DNA of 64,000 bases from Eledone cirrhosa (GCA_964016885.1 OZ024740.1:321780001-321844000), one strand, 5' to 3'. Counted from the stretch's first letter, positions 28,706-43,000 are shown. The notes: a model not told the origin generated them from the sequence alone. Numbers and translations: made by a program.

Positions 28706-29207
28706 TACAACCTCTTTCGTAATAGCCATGGCGAAAGAGGTTGTATGGTGGACGCGTCTGAAAGGACTGAGGTCGGGCACCTTTCTCTCTGGCCAACAAC
28801 TGGTCCGTTTCTTCCGATATCATTTCGGAAGAAGGATCAGGATGGAGAGAGAGGTGCTGCACCCCAGCCGTTTCTATGAAAGATGGGTGAAAGTGGCGAG
28901 AATGGCCCGTGTGAATGGGCCTTCACTCTACATCAGACTATAGGTGAGGAAGATGAAAGACCAAGGGAGCACCCCTTCTCTGTGCTCCTGAGGAGAAAGG
29001 GTTGCACACTTTTTTCGGGGGTGTGTGCGACCCCCCAAGGCGCCTCCTCTCTATTGAGGATTTTGTTAAAAATTTTATTTTTTGTTATATCTTATTTTAT
29101 TTTTATATTTTGTTATTGCCTCCTCCTTATTGAGGACGCCTTTTTGTGTAAACTCCCCCCTTTGTACTTGTCCCACTTTTGATGCCCCAGTGGCAAATAA
29201 AAGAAAT
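28706..29207 (+). mobile_element. 5'-truncated Tx1/L1-like LINE 3' end inserted in (TATC)n
   Basis: AMAKEVVWWTRLKGL...ERWVKVARMARV* followed by a 3'UTR ending aaataaaagaaatatatctatc. (TATC)n lies on both sides. Homologous to 33862-34525. Confidence 0.75.
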
Positions 29208-29208
29208 A

Positions 29209-29279
<71 letters not shown>

Positions 29280-29489
29280 ATGTCTGTCTCCCCCCTCACT
29301 CACTCTGTCTCTCCATCTCTCTCCCCCCCTCACTCCCTCTCAGTCCTCCTCTTTACCCTCTCTCCCTATCAACAGAGTCCAGGACTATTTCATTAGTTAT
29401 GTTGTTACAGCAGTACTATCCTTATGTACGATAATTTCTTGGGCTGCATCTTCCCTTCTTTCTATCCTTCCTTACGATATTATGTCGTG

Positions 29490-32400
29490 ACCAACACACC
29501 ACCACTACAACACCACCACTACAACACCACCACCACCACTTCAACACCACCACTACAACACCACCACTACAACACCACCACTACAACACAACCACTACAA
29601 TACAACCATTTCAACACCACCACTAGAACACCACCAATACAACACCACTACTACAACACCACCACTACAACACCACCACTACAACACAACCACTACAACA
29701 CCACCATTTCAACACCACCACGACACCACTACCACTTCAACACAACCACTACAACACCACCACTACAACACAACCATTTCAACACCACAACTCCACCACT
29801 ACCACTACAACATCACCACTACAACACCATCACTACAACACCACCACTTCAACACCACCACTACAACACCATCACTACAACACCACCACTTCAACACCAC
29901 CACTACAACACCACCACTACAACACCACCACTACAACACCACCACTACAACACCATCACTACAACACCACCACTTCAACACCACCACTACAACACCACCA
30001 CTACAACACCACCACTAGAACACCACCACTAGAACACCACCACTACAACACCACCACTGCAGCACCACTACAACACCACCACTAGAACACCACCACTAGA
30101 ACACCACCACTACAACACCATCACTACAACACCACCACTTCAACACCACCACTACAACACCATCACTACAACACCACCACTACAACACCACCACTACAAC
30201 ACCATCACTACAACACCACCACTTCAACACCACCACTACAACACCACCACTACAACACCACCACTAGAACACCACCACTAGAACACCACCACTACAACAC
30301 CACCACTGCAGCACCACTACAACACCACCACTAGAACACCACCACTACACCACCAACACTACAACACCACCACTACAACACCACCACTACAACACCACCA
30401 CTACAACACAACCATTTCAACACCACCACTACAACACCAACACTACACACTACCACTACAACACCACTCCTACCATTTTGCGCCGTGACTAACACACCAC
30501 CACTACCATCTAATACCGTAACCAACACACCACCACTACAATACCACCACTACAACAACACCACTACCAACACATCACCCCTACCATCTAATGCCGTAAC
30601 CAACACACCACCACTACAATACCACCACTACAACAACACCACTACCAACACACTACCACTACAATACCACCACTACAACAACACCACTACCAACACACCA
30701 CCACTACCATCTAATGCCGTAACCAACACACCACCACTATAATACCACCACTACAACAACACCACTACCAACACATCACCCCTACCATCTAATGCCTTGA
30801 CCAACACACCACCACTACAATACCACCACTACAACAACACCACTACCAACACATCACCACTACAATACCACCACTACAACAACACCACTACCAACACATC
30901 ACCACTACAATACCACCACTACAACAACACCACTACCAACACACCACCACTACAATACCACCACTACAACAACACCACTACCAACACATCACCACTACAA
31001 TACCACCACTACAACAACACCACTACCAACACACCACCCCTACCATCTAATGCCTTGACCAACACACCACCACTACAATACCACCACTACAACAACACCA
31101 CTACCAACACATCACCCTACCATCTAATGCCTTGACCAACACACCACCACTACAATACCACCACTACAACAACACCACTACCAACACACCACCACTACAA
31201 TACCACCACTACAACAACACCACTACCAACACATCACCACTACAATACCACCACTACAACAACACCACTACCAACACACCACCACTACCATCTAATGCCT
31301 TGACCACCACACCACCACTACAATACCACCACTACCAATACACCGCCACTACCATCTCATACCGTGACCAACACAACACCACTACCAGCGCCATACTCAC
31401 ACCATAGTGACACCTCCATACCACCACCACACTAACAACACCTCAACACCAACACAAACACCACCATCATTACTATCGCCGTGAAACCACCACCGCCGCC
31501 ACCACAGCACCATCACAACACCACAGCACCACCACAACCACGACCACAACACCACACCAGCACCACCATCACAACAGCATCATAACACCACAGCACCATC
31601 ACCACACCACAGCACCACCACAACAACACTACAGCACCACCATCACTACCACCACCACCACCATCACAGCACCATCATAACATCACAGCACCATCATAAC
31701 ATCACAACACAACAGCACCATCACCACAGCACAGCACCATCACAACACTACAACACCATCACAACACTACAACACCATCACAACACTACAACACCATCAC
31801 AACACCACAGCATCACCACTATCACAACACCACAGCACCATCACAACACCACCACCACAGCACAGCACCATCACAACACCACAGCACCATCACAACACCA
31901 CAGCTCCACCACCACAGCACAGCACCATCACAACAGCACAGCACCACAACACCACCACAGCACAGCACAGCACTATCACACCACCACCACCACCACCACC
32001 ACCACCACCACCACAGCACCATCACAGCAGCACAGCACCATCACAACACCACAACACCATCACAACACCACAACACCATCACAACACCACAGCACCATCA
32101 CAACCCCACAGCACCACAACACCACAGCATCATCACAACAGCACAGCACCATCACCATAGCACAGCACCATCACAATAGCACAGCTCCATCACAACACGA
32201 CCACCACAACCACAACACCATCACAACACCACACCACCATCCCAAACACCCCTATGTAGTTTCTTGAGCGGCATCCTTCCTAGCCATCTCATGTCGTAAT
32301 CAACACACCACCACCTCAACACCACCACCACTACACACCATCATCACACCCCACTACACGACACCATCACTAACACAACACCATATCACCACTACACCAC

Positions 32401-33000
32401 TACAACTACACCACCACGACCACAACCATCACTACCACCACCATCATCATTTCTACGTAGTTTCTTGGGCTGCAGCCATACATTCTTACCATCTCATGTC
32501 GTAACCAACACACCACACCACACCACACCACACCACACTACACTACAACACCACTACACTACCATCACCATCCCATCACCGTCACGACCACCACACCATT
32601 AGCAGCAGAAACAGCAGCAGCAGCACCACCACACTAACTTAACATCCCACTACACTATCACCGCCTCGACCATCACTACCAATACACAAACATCCACCCA
32701 GATCACCAATACCAAACTACCACCACCACCACCACCACCACCACCACCACCACCACCGTCACAACATCCACCAACCCTACCGCCACCACGATCATCACAT
32801 CCACCACCAACACCATCACCACAACAAACCAACCACCATCACCACACTACATAACCACCACTTCCACCAGCACCAGCACCAGCACTAGCACCACCTCCTC
32901 CACCACCACACTACACAACCATCACCGCTACCACCACCGTCACGACATCCACCACCACCATCACACTACACAACCATCATCTCCACCACCACCATCACCA
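29490..33000. repeat. ~3.5-kb C/A-rich compound minisatellite (acaacaccaccact-type 14-mer and derivatives)
   Basis: Read directly from the sequence. The unit changes along the array, and a non-repeat anchor recurs near 29435, 32258 and 32458. Confidence 0.9.
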
Positions 33001-33156
33001 TCAATAATGTCGCGCAGTTTCTCGCTCTGGAATAAATAAGTGTTTCTGCCTTGGCTGGGTTCTACCGTTTAACCAATTCCTCCGCCGAACATTATTACTA
33101 TCAGTAGTGCTATTATTTTTATTACTATTATTATTACTATTATTATTTATGAAACC

Positions 33157-33203
33157 ATGTCTGGATTAAAGAAAAGACTGAGTGGATGTTTTGCCTGTGA
33201 AAG
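33157..33203 (+). CDS. Candidate short first coding exon (MSGLKKRLSGCFACE-)
   Basis: aaccATG context, 47 nt open, ending AAG|GTAGGT. It lies in one of the few unique stretches. No downstream exon was identified. Confidence 0.25.
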
Positions 33204-33243
33204 GTAGGTAACATTATTTTACATATATATGTAATACATCATA

Positions 33244-33321
<78 letters not shown>

Positions 33322-33322
<1 letters not shown>

Positions 33323-33460
33323 GTTGTCTCCCCCTATTGGGGAAATCGATTAATTTTTAAATTGCATTTGTGATAGTATTTTACACGTTTTTATTGTATG
33401 TAAACTTCCCCCTTTGTATTTGTCCCCTTCTTTTGTCCCCTTGTTGCTAATAAAGAAACA
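33322..33460 (+). mobile_element. Tx1/L1-like LINE 3'UTR stub in (TATC)n
   Basis: Reverse complement of 33862-34000. Ends ctaataaagaaacatatcta and is preceded by (TATC)n. Confidence 0.7.
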
Positions 33461-33758
33461 TATCTATATATATATATACACATACGCAAGTACATATCCA
33501 TACATGTGTACATAAATATACATGCATGCATACGTACATGTACACATACATATGTACATAAATATACATGCATGCATACGTACATGTACACATACAAGCA
33601 TGCATACATGCAAACATACATGCATACATACATAAAGTATCTTTTCTATCTGTCTATATGTATGTATATATGTATTACATACGTATGTATGTATGTTTGT
33701 ATGTATGTATGCCCGCACATATACACACACACATATATAAATAAGGATAGATAGATAG

Positions 33759-33789
<31 letters not shown>

Positions 33790-33831
33790 TAGATAAATAA
33801 ATAGATAGATAGATAGATAGTAGATAGATAA

Positions 33832-33861
<30 letters not shown>

Positions 33862-33862
<1 letters not shown>

Positions 33863-34525
33863 TATTTCTTTATTAGCCACAGGGGCACAAAAGAAGGGGA
33901 CAAATACAAAGGGGGAAGTTTACATACAATAAAAACGTGTAAAATGTTATCACAGATGGAATTTAAAAGTTAGTCGATTTTCCCCAATAGAGGGAGACAG
34001 TTTATATGGGTAACACATACCCCCGAAAAAATGTGCAACCCTCATCTCCAGGAGTACGAAGAGCTTGTACTCCTTTCCTCTCCTCCTCCTTTTCCTCAAT
34101 CTACAGGCTGATATAGAGAGAAGGCCCATTCACTCGGGCCATTCTCGCCACTTTCACCCACCTTTCATAAAACTTGCTGCGGTACAGCACCTCTCTCTCC
34201 ATCCTGATTCTTCTTCCAAAGTGGTATTTGAAAAAAAAGAATCAGTTGTTGGCCGGAGAGAAAGGTGTCTGACCTCAGCCCTTTCAACCTTGTCCACCAT
34301 ACAACCTCTTTCGCCATAGCTATCACACAAAGGAAAACCGCCTCTCCTTCGTTTTTGAAGGAGGGTGGCGGTTTGATCATGACAATGGACTCGGTGGTCA
34401 ACTGGATTGGTCCCACCCGCGACAATAGTCGTTCTACATATCCCCACAGGTCAGTGACGCCCGGGCAGTGTATGAATGCGTGCGCGACGGTTTCTTCGTC
34501 TCGCACGCACCTCGGACAGATCTTT
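33862..34525 (-). mobile_element. Tx1/L1-like LINE 3' fragment with CCHC zinc knuckle, in (GATA)n
   Basis: ICPRCVRDEETVAHAFIHCPGVTDLW...AMAKEVVWWTR. Both junctions fall in (GATA)n. Confidence 0.8.
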
Positions 34526-34912
34526 TAGATAGATAGATAGATAGATAGATAGATTAATAGATAGATAGACATGCTTCTAATATAAAACGCTGCCACATTT
34601 CATATAATCCATATAAATAGTAAAGTTACACTTAGAGACCGCAAAATAGAGACATCTGCGGGAATCGAACCAGTTGCTCAATTCCTTCGTAAACTTTACA
34701 TACACACACACACACACGCGCACACACACACACATACACACACGCGCGTTTATATGTATACATATATATAAGTATATATGTAAAATATTTATATACACAT
34801 GCACGCATGTATATATCTATGTATGTACATATATAAATATATAAATATATATATATGTATAGATATATATATATATCCGATACACAGACAAACGCACAGA
34901 CACACATACCAA

Positions 34913-34966
<54 letters not shown>

Positions 34967-35226
34967 GCACATATATACATATATATACATACATATATAC
35001 ATGCATACATATTCAAACATATATGAATACACATACATTCAGCCAGAAACACATCTTTACATTTGTTAGTGCGTATATTTTGATTTCTCCACTGAACCAA
35101 ACAAACGTTTAAACCGAAATATCCCACTTTCTTCCTTCGCTTCTGTCTTCCTTTCTTTCCTTCCTATCTTTCTTTCTCTCATATTCCAATATCATAAATA
35201 TATATATGAATATAAAGCTATATATG

Positions 35227-35284
<58 letters not shown>

Positions 35285-35286
35285 AT

Positions 35287-35427
<141 letters not shown>

Positions 35428-35449
35428 ATATATATATATGTATATATAT

Positions 35450-35520
<71 letters not shown>

Positions 35521-35524
35521 CATA

Positions 35525-36025
<501 letters not shown>

Positions 36026-36035
36026 CATATATATG

Positions 36036-36066
<31 letters not shown>

Positions 36067-36111
36067 GTGTGTATATATATATATGTGTGTATATATATAT
36101 ATATATATGTG

Positions 36112-36145
<34 letters not shown>

Positions 36146-36167
36146 CATATATATATACATATATATG

Positions 36168-36200
<33 letters not shown>

Positions 36201-36250
36201 GTGTATATATATATGTGTGTATATATATATATACATATATATATATACAC

Positions 36251-36311
<61 letters not shown>

Positions 36312-36314
36312 CAC

Positions 36315-36408
<94 letters not shown>

Positions 36409-36424
36409 CATATATATATATATG

Positions 36425-36462
<38 letters not shown>

Positions 36463-36632
36463 CATGTATATATATATATATATCCATCTATCTATATATC
36501 TATATATCTATCTATCTATATATATATATATATATATACACACACATACCTACATATATATATACACATATGCATTGCGCACACACCCACCCACTGGGAC
36601 ATCCTGTATATATATATATATATATATATCTA

Positions 36633-36735
36633 TACAGGATGTCCCACAAAAACGTATAAACACTTCAACAGCATTCTAATAAATATTACCTGTACAGGTA
36701 ATCGAAGTGTGTATACATTTTTTCGGGGCATATGT
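36633..36735. mobile_element. Tc1-like mini-MITE (diverged copy of 55813-55890)
   Basis: tacaggatgtcccacaaaaacgtataaacacttcaacagcatt...gtatacattttttcggggca. Confidence 0.55.
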
Positions 36736-36770
36736 ATATACACATGTATATTTTTATTATATATATAGAA

Positions 36771-36824
36771 ATGACTTCTACAAGACTAGAACTGTTTGAT
36801 TCGTATGAAATCATCGGGAATCAT
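36771..36824 (-). ncRNA. Mutated hammerhead, same family as 60748-60800
   Basis: atgattc CCGATGA tttcatacgaat CAAA cagttctagtcttg TA gaagtcat. GAAA is mutated to CAAA, so it is probably inactive. Confidence 0.55.
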
Positions 36825-36971
36825 CATTCATATATATATATATGTATATATATATATGTATATATGTATATATATATATATATATGTTAAAGATGACTAT
36901 ACTCTACCAATGTATTGAGTACCTTTTGCCCCCCCCCCCGACATAACACGAGAGTATACATATACATGCAT

Positions 36972-37585
36972 ACATGGTGGCTGCCAACTCGTTTTCCAGT
37001 ACGGCCACTACTTTATATCCATGTAGGGGAACCCCTACCGATGCGCTGAACAAGTGTGACTTTTTAGTCCAGCCAGCGACTTGAAAACTCTGGTACAAAC
37101 ACTATACTTGTGACAATTATTGACACATAGTGCTGGGCCCATGGTACCATGTGACGACAAGTGCAGAGAGATCTCCAGATACAAAGCAATGCCTGTGCCG
37201 TGAAGCTTTTATAGTGAGCAAAGGCACTGCACAAAGCCAGTCCCACTCTCTTAATCAAGATGATATTTACCAAAAAGAAGAACAAGTTAATATCATTGGA
37301 TACCATCAGGGTTGCAGGTGTTATATCAGAGTTTTCCTTCTCCTAGAATTCTGCCTTGACAAAGGCTAAGGGGTCATCTCTCCCGGTGATTTTGGATGGT
37401 CATTGACTCTTAAAAGCTCCTTTGCCCTTTGACAGGTTTTGTTTTTAGTCCTGCAGGATGTCCAAAGTCACCCTCCTCACCAAGAAACCTTGGTGGGGTT
37501 GCCAGTTTAGTCGCCAACGACCAAACCATGAGACAGGTTGTACTTGGATACATGTTACCAGTAGCACCAACTGGTGACCTGACAT
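36972..37585 (-). mobile_element. Non-autonomous RTE-related element (~610 bp) in (CATA)n
   Basis: Carries the RTE-5'UTR-like motifs ggcgactaaactggcaacccc and taggagaaggaaaactctga and ends ggcagccaccatgtatg. An inverted near-identical copy is at 38543-39132. Confidence 0.65.
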
Positions 37586-37630
37586 AAACATGCATACATA
37601 CATACATACATACATACATACATACATACA

Positions 37631-37663
<33 letters not shown>

Positions 37664-37667
37664 GATT

Positions 37668-37995
37668 ATGATGGCTGCCCCCTCGTTATCGAGTATGGCC
37701 ATTGCACGATTTACCATTATTAATTAATTCTATCATGCAATGCCTGTGCGTGAAGATATTTTTTAAAGTGAGGAAAGACTGTGCACTGAGCCAATCCCAC
37801 TCTCTGAGCGGCATAGCTATAACCCGAAAAGAAGAAAAGATCAACATCATCGGTAACTATGAGCCGCAGTTTTTATATCGGAGTTATCCCAGTTTCCTGA
37901 GTTGCCTACTCCTAGAAGAATGCCCTAACAAAGGTTAGGGGTCCTTCACTCCCGGTGGTTTAACCACGCGATCCGGTGTCCAGCCCGACTATTTC
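37668..37995 (-). mobile_element. Related non-autonomous RTE-like element (subfamily 2)
   Basis: gatggctgccccctcgttatcgagtatggccatt...ttttaaagtgaggaaagactgtgcactgagccaatcc. Close copy at 46972-47245; diverged copy at 45693-46020. Confidence 0.65.
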
Positions 37996-38496
37996 TATGT
38001 CCCCGCGCATATACATACACATGCACCCATGTATATACACATATACATATACATACATATGTACATGTGTATATACATATTTACACACTTTTGGATGGCC
38101 GTTGACTCTTATGAGTTCTTCCGCCCTTTACATACCCCCTATACATACATATATGAGTATGTACACATTAAACGTGAGTGTATATGTCTTGAAGCACGTG
38201 CTTGTATATGTATATGACTGCGAGCACGTGCATGGGTATATGTCTGTATGTCTGTGTGTATATATGTATGTATGTATGTAAACATGTATGTATGCAAGCA
38301 TGTATGTATGTATGTTTTTTCTGTATTAGTATGTATATATGCATGCATGTATGTATGTATGTATGTATGTATGTATGTATGTATGTATGTATGTATGTAT
38401 GTATGTATATATGCAAGCATTTATGTATGTTTGTTTGTATGTATTAGTATGTATGTATCGGTGCATGCATGCATATATGTATGTATGTATGCATGC

Positions 38497-38529
<33 letters not shown>

Positions 38530-38542
38530 TGTATGTATATTT

Positions 38543-39132
38543 GTCAGGTCACCACCTGTCCCATGGTCGGGTCGTTGATGACTAAACTGGCAACCCCACC
38601 AAGGTTTCTTGGTGAGGAGGGTGATTTTGGACATCCTGCAGGACTAAAAACAAAACCTGTCAAAGGGCAAAGGAGCTCTTAAGAGTCAATAGCCATCCAA
38701 AATCACTGGGAGAGATGACCCCTTAACTTTGTCAAGGCAGAATTCTAGGAGAAGGAAAACTCTGATATAACACCTGCAACCCTGATGGTATCCAATGATG
38801 TTGACTTGTTCTTCTTTTTGGTAAATATCATCTTGGTTAAGAGAGTGGGACTGGCTTTGTGCAGTGCCTTTGCTCACTATAAAAGCTTCACGGCACAGGC
38901 ATTGTTTTATGGAGATCTCATTGTTTTCTGGAGATCTCTCTGCACTTGTCCTCACATGGTACCATGGGCCCAGCACTATGTGTCAATAATTGTCACAAGT
39001 GTAGTGTTTGTACCAGAGTTTTCAAATCGCTGGCTGGACTAAAAAGTCACACTCGTTCAGCGTATCGGTAGGGGTTCCCCTACATGGATATAAAGTAGTG
39101 GCCGTACTCGAAAACGAGTTGGCAGCCACCAT
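38543..39132 (+). mobile_element. Non-autonomous RTE-related element, inverted copy of 36972-37585
   Basis: Reverse-complement match over ~590 bp, with (TATG)n on both sides. Confidence 0.7.
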
Positions 39133-39437
39133 GTATGTTTGTATTATGTATGTATATATGTATCTATGTGTGCGTATATGTATGTATGCGTGTATGTGTA
39201 TATGTATGTATGTACATCCGTTAGTCAATTTATTTATGAAGTTTAGAAAGAATTGCTGCATTTGCTGATAACACACACACTTACACATATATACACACAC
39301 ATACACACATACAAACACACACACACACAGGCACATGCACACACACACATACACACCCACATACATATTCATACATAGACATATACACACATATCCTTAT
39401 ACATACACATGTACATCATGTATCTATATATACACAC

Positions 39438-39492
<55 letters not shown>

Positions 39493-39590
39493 ACCTAATA
39501 CGGGTGGAAGCACATGTTGCAAACAACAGCTGTATCATTACGTTTTATATATATACATATATTATTGTATATATATATATATATATGTTT

Positions 39591-39755
<165 letters not shown>

Positions 39756-39863
39756 ATATATATTCGTATATACATATATGTATATACGTGTATATATGTA
39801 TATATATATACATTTTATATATATAACAATATATATATATATGTATATATATATGTATATATA

Positions 39864-39988
<125 letters not shown>

Positions 39989-40609
39989 GTGTAATGTGTA
40001 TATTATATATATACTACTAGTAGTAATGTTATTGTGGACATCAGTTTTTGCTAGTTAGAGTTAGTAACATAGTTATTAGTAATTAGTTTAAAATGTTCCA
40101 TTTGTTCTTGTTGTTGTCACCATCTTTATCATAAACATGTGTGAATGAATGTGTATGTGTGTATGTATATGTTTATATATATATATATGTATATATGTGT
40201 CTATATGTATATATTTATATATGTGTATATATTTATATAAGTATGTATATATATGTATATATGTGTGTCTGTATGTGTGTGTGTGTGTATGTGTATGGGT
40301 GTATGTATATATATATATATGTATATATGTGTCTATGTGCATATATGTGTATATGTATATATGTGTATATATTTATATATGTATGTATGTATATATATGT
40401 ATATATGTGTGTCTGTATGTGTGTGTATGTGTAAGGGTGTATGTATATGTGTATAAATGTGTCTATGTGTATATATGTATATATGTATATATGCGTATAT
40501 ATGTATATATGTATATATGTGTATATATGTATATTCGTATGTGTATATATCTATATATGTGTGTCTGTATATGTGTGTATGTGTATGGGTGTATGTGTAT
40601 GGCTGTATG

Positions 40610-40698
<89 letters not shown>

Positions 40699-40884
40699 AT
40701 ATATATGTATATATGTGTGTATATATGTGTATATATATGTATATATGTGTATATATGTATATATGTATATATGTGTGTATGTATGTATATATATGTATGT
40801 GTATGTAGGTATGTATGTATCAGTTGCCGTCTCCGTCAAGCCATAAATGGATATTTGTATTATATTTATATTCTCATTTATTTT

Positions 40885-41143
40885 CACGTGGCCTGGTGGT
40901 TATGATGCTGGTCTCACGAGTGTAAGGTCGTGAGTTCGATTCCTTGACCGGGCGGCGTGGTGTGCTCTTGAGTCAAATTATTTATTTCACGTTGCTCCCT
41001 CTGCCAGGAGTTGCTCCCTCTGCCAGGAGTTGCTCCCTCTGCCAGGAGTTGCTCTCTCTGCCAGGAGTTGCTCTCTCTGCCAGGAGTTGCTCCCTCTGCC
41101 AGGAGTTGCTCCCTCTGCCAGGAGTTGCTCCCTCTGCCAGGAG
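40885..41143 (+). repeat. SINE 5' head running into a 19-bp tandem repeat (gttgctccctctgccagga x8, 40991-41143)
   Basis: A box tggcctggtgg and B box gagttcgattcc. The array starts at the SINE motif tttcacgttgctcc. Confidence 0.85.
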
Positions 41144-41204
41144 ATAGTATCAGTAATAAAAACATTGTTTCCATGCTCTAATCTGACAATCCGTTCCTTT
41201 CTAT

Positions 41205-41268
41205 TGTGTGTTTGTGTGTGTATAAGACAGCGTGTGTGTGTAATTGAATGTGTGAGTGTGAATGAGTT

Positions 41269-41302
<34 letters not shown>

Positions 41303-41375
41303 GGTGAATGTGTTTGTGTGTGTATAAGACAGAGTGTGTGTTTGTGTGAGTGTAATTGAGTGTGTGAGTGTGAAT

Positions 41376-41418
<43 letters not shown>

Positions 41419-41493
41419 TGAGTGTGTTTGTGTGTGTATAAGACAGAGTGTGTGTGTGTGTGTGAGTGTAATTGAGTGTGTGAGTGTGAATGA

Positions 41494-41543
<50 letters not shown>

Positions 41544-41875
41544 GTGTGTATATGACAGAGAGTGTGTGTGTGTGAGTGTGTGTGTAATTGAGTGTGTGAG
41601 TGTGAATGAGTGTGTGTGTGTGTGTTTGTGTGTGTATAAGACAGAGAGAGTGTGTGTGTGTGAGTGTGAATGAGTGTGTGTGTGTGAGTGTGAGAGAGAG
41701 AGAGGGAGAGTTTGTGTGTGTATAAGACAGAGAGAGTGTGTGTGTGTGTGAGTGTGTGTGAGTGTGTGTGTAATTGAGTGTGTGAGTGTGAATGAGTGTG
41801 TATGTGTGAGAGAGAGGGGAGAGAGAGAGAGAGAGAAAGAGGGGGGGGGGAGAGAGAGAGTGTATGTGTGTGTGC
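41205..41875. repeat. Composite (TG)/(GA) minisatellite with ~110-bp units
   Basis: Anchors gtgtataagacag and gtaattgagtgtgtgagtgtgaatgag recur 5-6 times. Confidence 0.8.
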
Positions 41876-42429
41876 AGACCTGCCAACCTCTAAAATCCCA
41901 AATGGGGAGTACCATGAAAAAAAGGGGCCCCAAAACGGGGAGAAATGAGGCAAAATGGAAAGTTTTTACATAATGAAAGCTGTACCCATTTTCACAAGAG
42001 GAGACATCTCTTACCCACCCGCAAGTGGGTGGGAGATCCCTCCATCGGACGGGGAGAGTTGACAGGTCTGGTGTGTGTGTTTATGTGTGTGTGTGTATGT
42101 GTCCGTATGTATGTGTGTATATGTGTTTGTGTATTTGCGTGTTTGTCAATTATACTGTAGTTTTTCTTTGGCTGTATCTATGGTCGTATGTGTATTTTAT
42201 GTACAGTGATGTTGTTTAAAAGCAAGATTAGACCTTTCAGAAGTATCATCCTTTTATTAATCAATAGTTTATATTATATTAAACGATTCACGGCAAATGC
42301 AGCCAATTCAATAGAAGATATAAACCAATAAATTAACTCCATTTATAGTTAAAACACTCATGTATTTATGGCATATATATTTACAGGCATATATGAGTAC
42401 ATATATCTGATTAAATACTCATTAAAACA

Positions 42430-42690
42430 TTGGCACGTGGCCTAGTGGCAAATGTGTTTGGCCTACGATCATAATGTCGTGGAATGGATTATGTGTGTTA
42501 TATTCTTGAGCAAAAGATTTCATTTCACGTTGCTCCAGTTTACTCAGCAGAAAATAAGTAACAGCAATAGCTGCGGGCTTAGCCCTGCAATGGACTGGCG
42601 TCATATCCATGGTGTCATGTACACTCAGTCACTTAACGCCACGGAAACCAGAATAAGCACTAGCTCGATGAGCCACTACACTAGAGGTAA
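42430..42690 (+). mobile_element. tRNA-derived SINE (same family as 11812-12090)
   Basis: ggcacgtggcctagtggcaaatgtg...gcaatagctgcgggcttagccctgcaatggactggcg. Confidence 0.8.
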
Positions 42691-42799
42691 ATATGATGAA
42701 CACGAGACACCAAAAGTAACACGATCAAATGTTGTAGGATAATATATTAGAAACCACATGTTTTCCTTCCCAGAATATCAGCTCTCTGGAACCCCCGGT

Positions 42800-43000
42800 C
42801 GTCTTTCCTAAAGGAGTGGACATGCAACAGTTTGAACAAAACAACAACGGTATCGATTTGACTGGTCTCCGATCGATACGTGAGGACCATGGGTATAGCT
42901 CCTTGCTCCAGGTCGAAAACATCTGTCCCAGTAATCATCAAACATTTGTGAAAAAAGATATTTATTTGATGATCATTAAACTGGTCTCCCGTTCCATGGA
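42800..43000 (-). pseudogene. piggyBac-like transposase relic
   Basis: Minus strand FDD..WDRCFRPGARSYTHGPHVSIGDQ..RYRCCFVQ has the spacing of the piggyBac motif WDx9YxPGPxVTxDEQ..RGRCxFxQ. Confidence 0.45.

Noticed and set aside
29424-31407. Mucin-like or His/Thr/Pro-rich ORFs
   Set aside because: They arise from a 14-bp C/A repeat whose period is not a multiple of 3, so the same peptide cycles through all frames. No splice signals were seen.
41215-41735. Tn5/Nextera mosaic-end contamination (tgtgtataagacag)
   Set aside because: It lacks the AGA start and the internal AG of AGATGTGTATAAGAGACAG, and it recurs as part of a genuine minisatellite unit.
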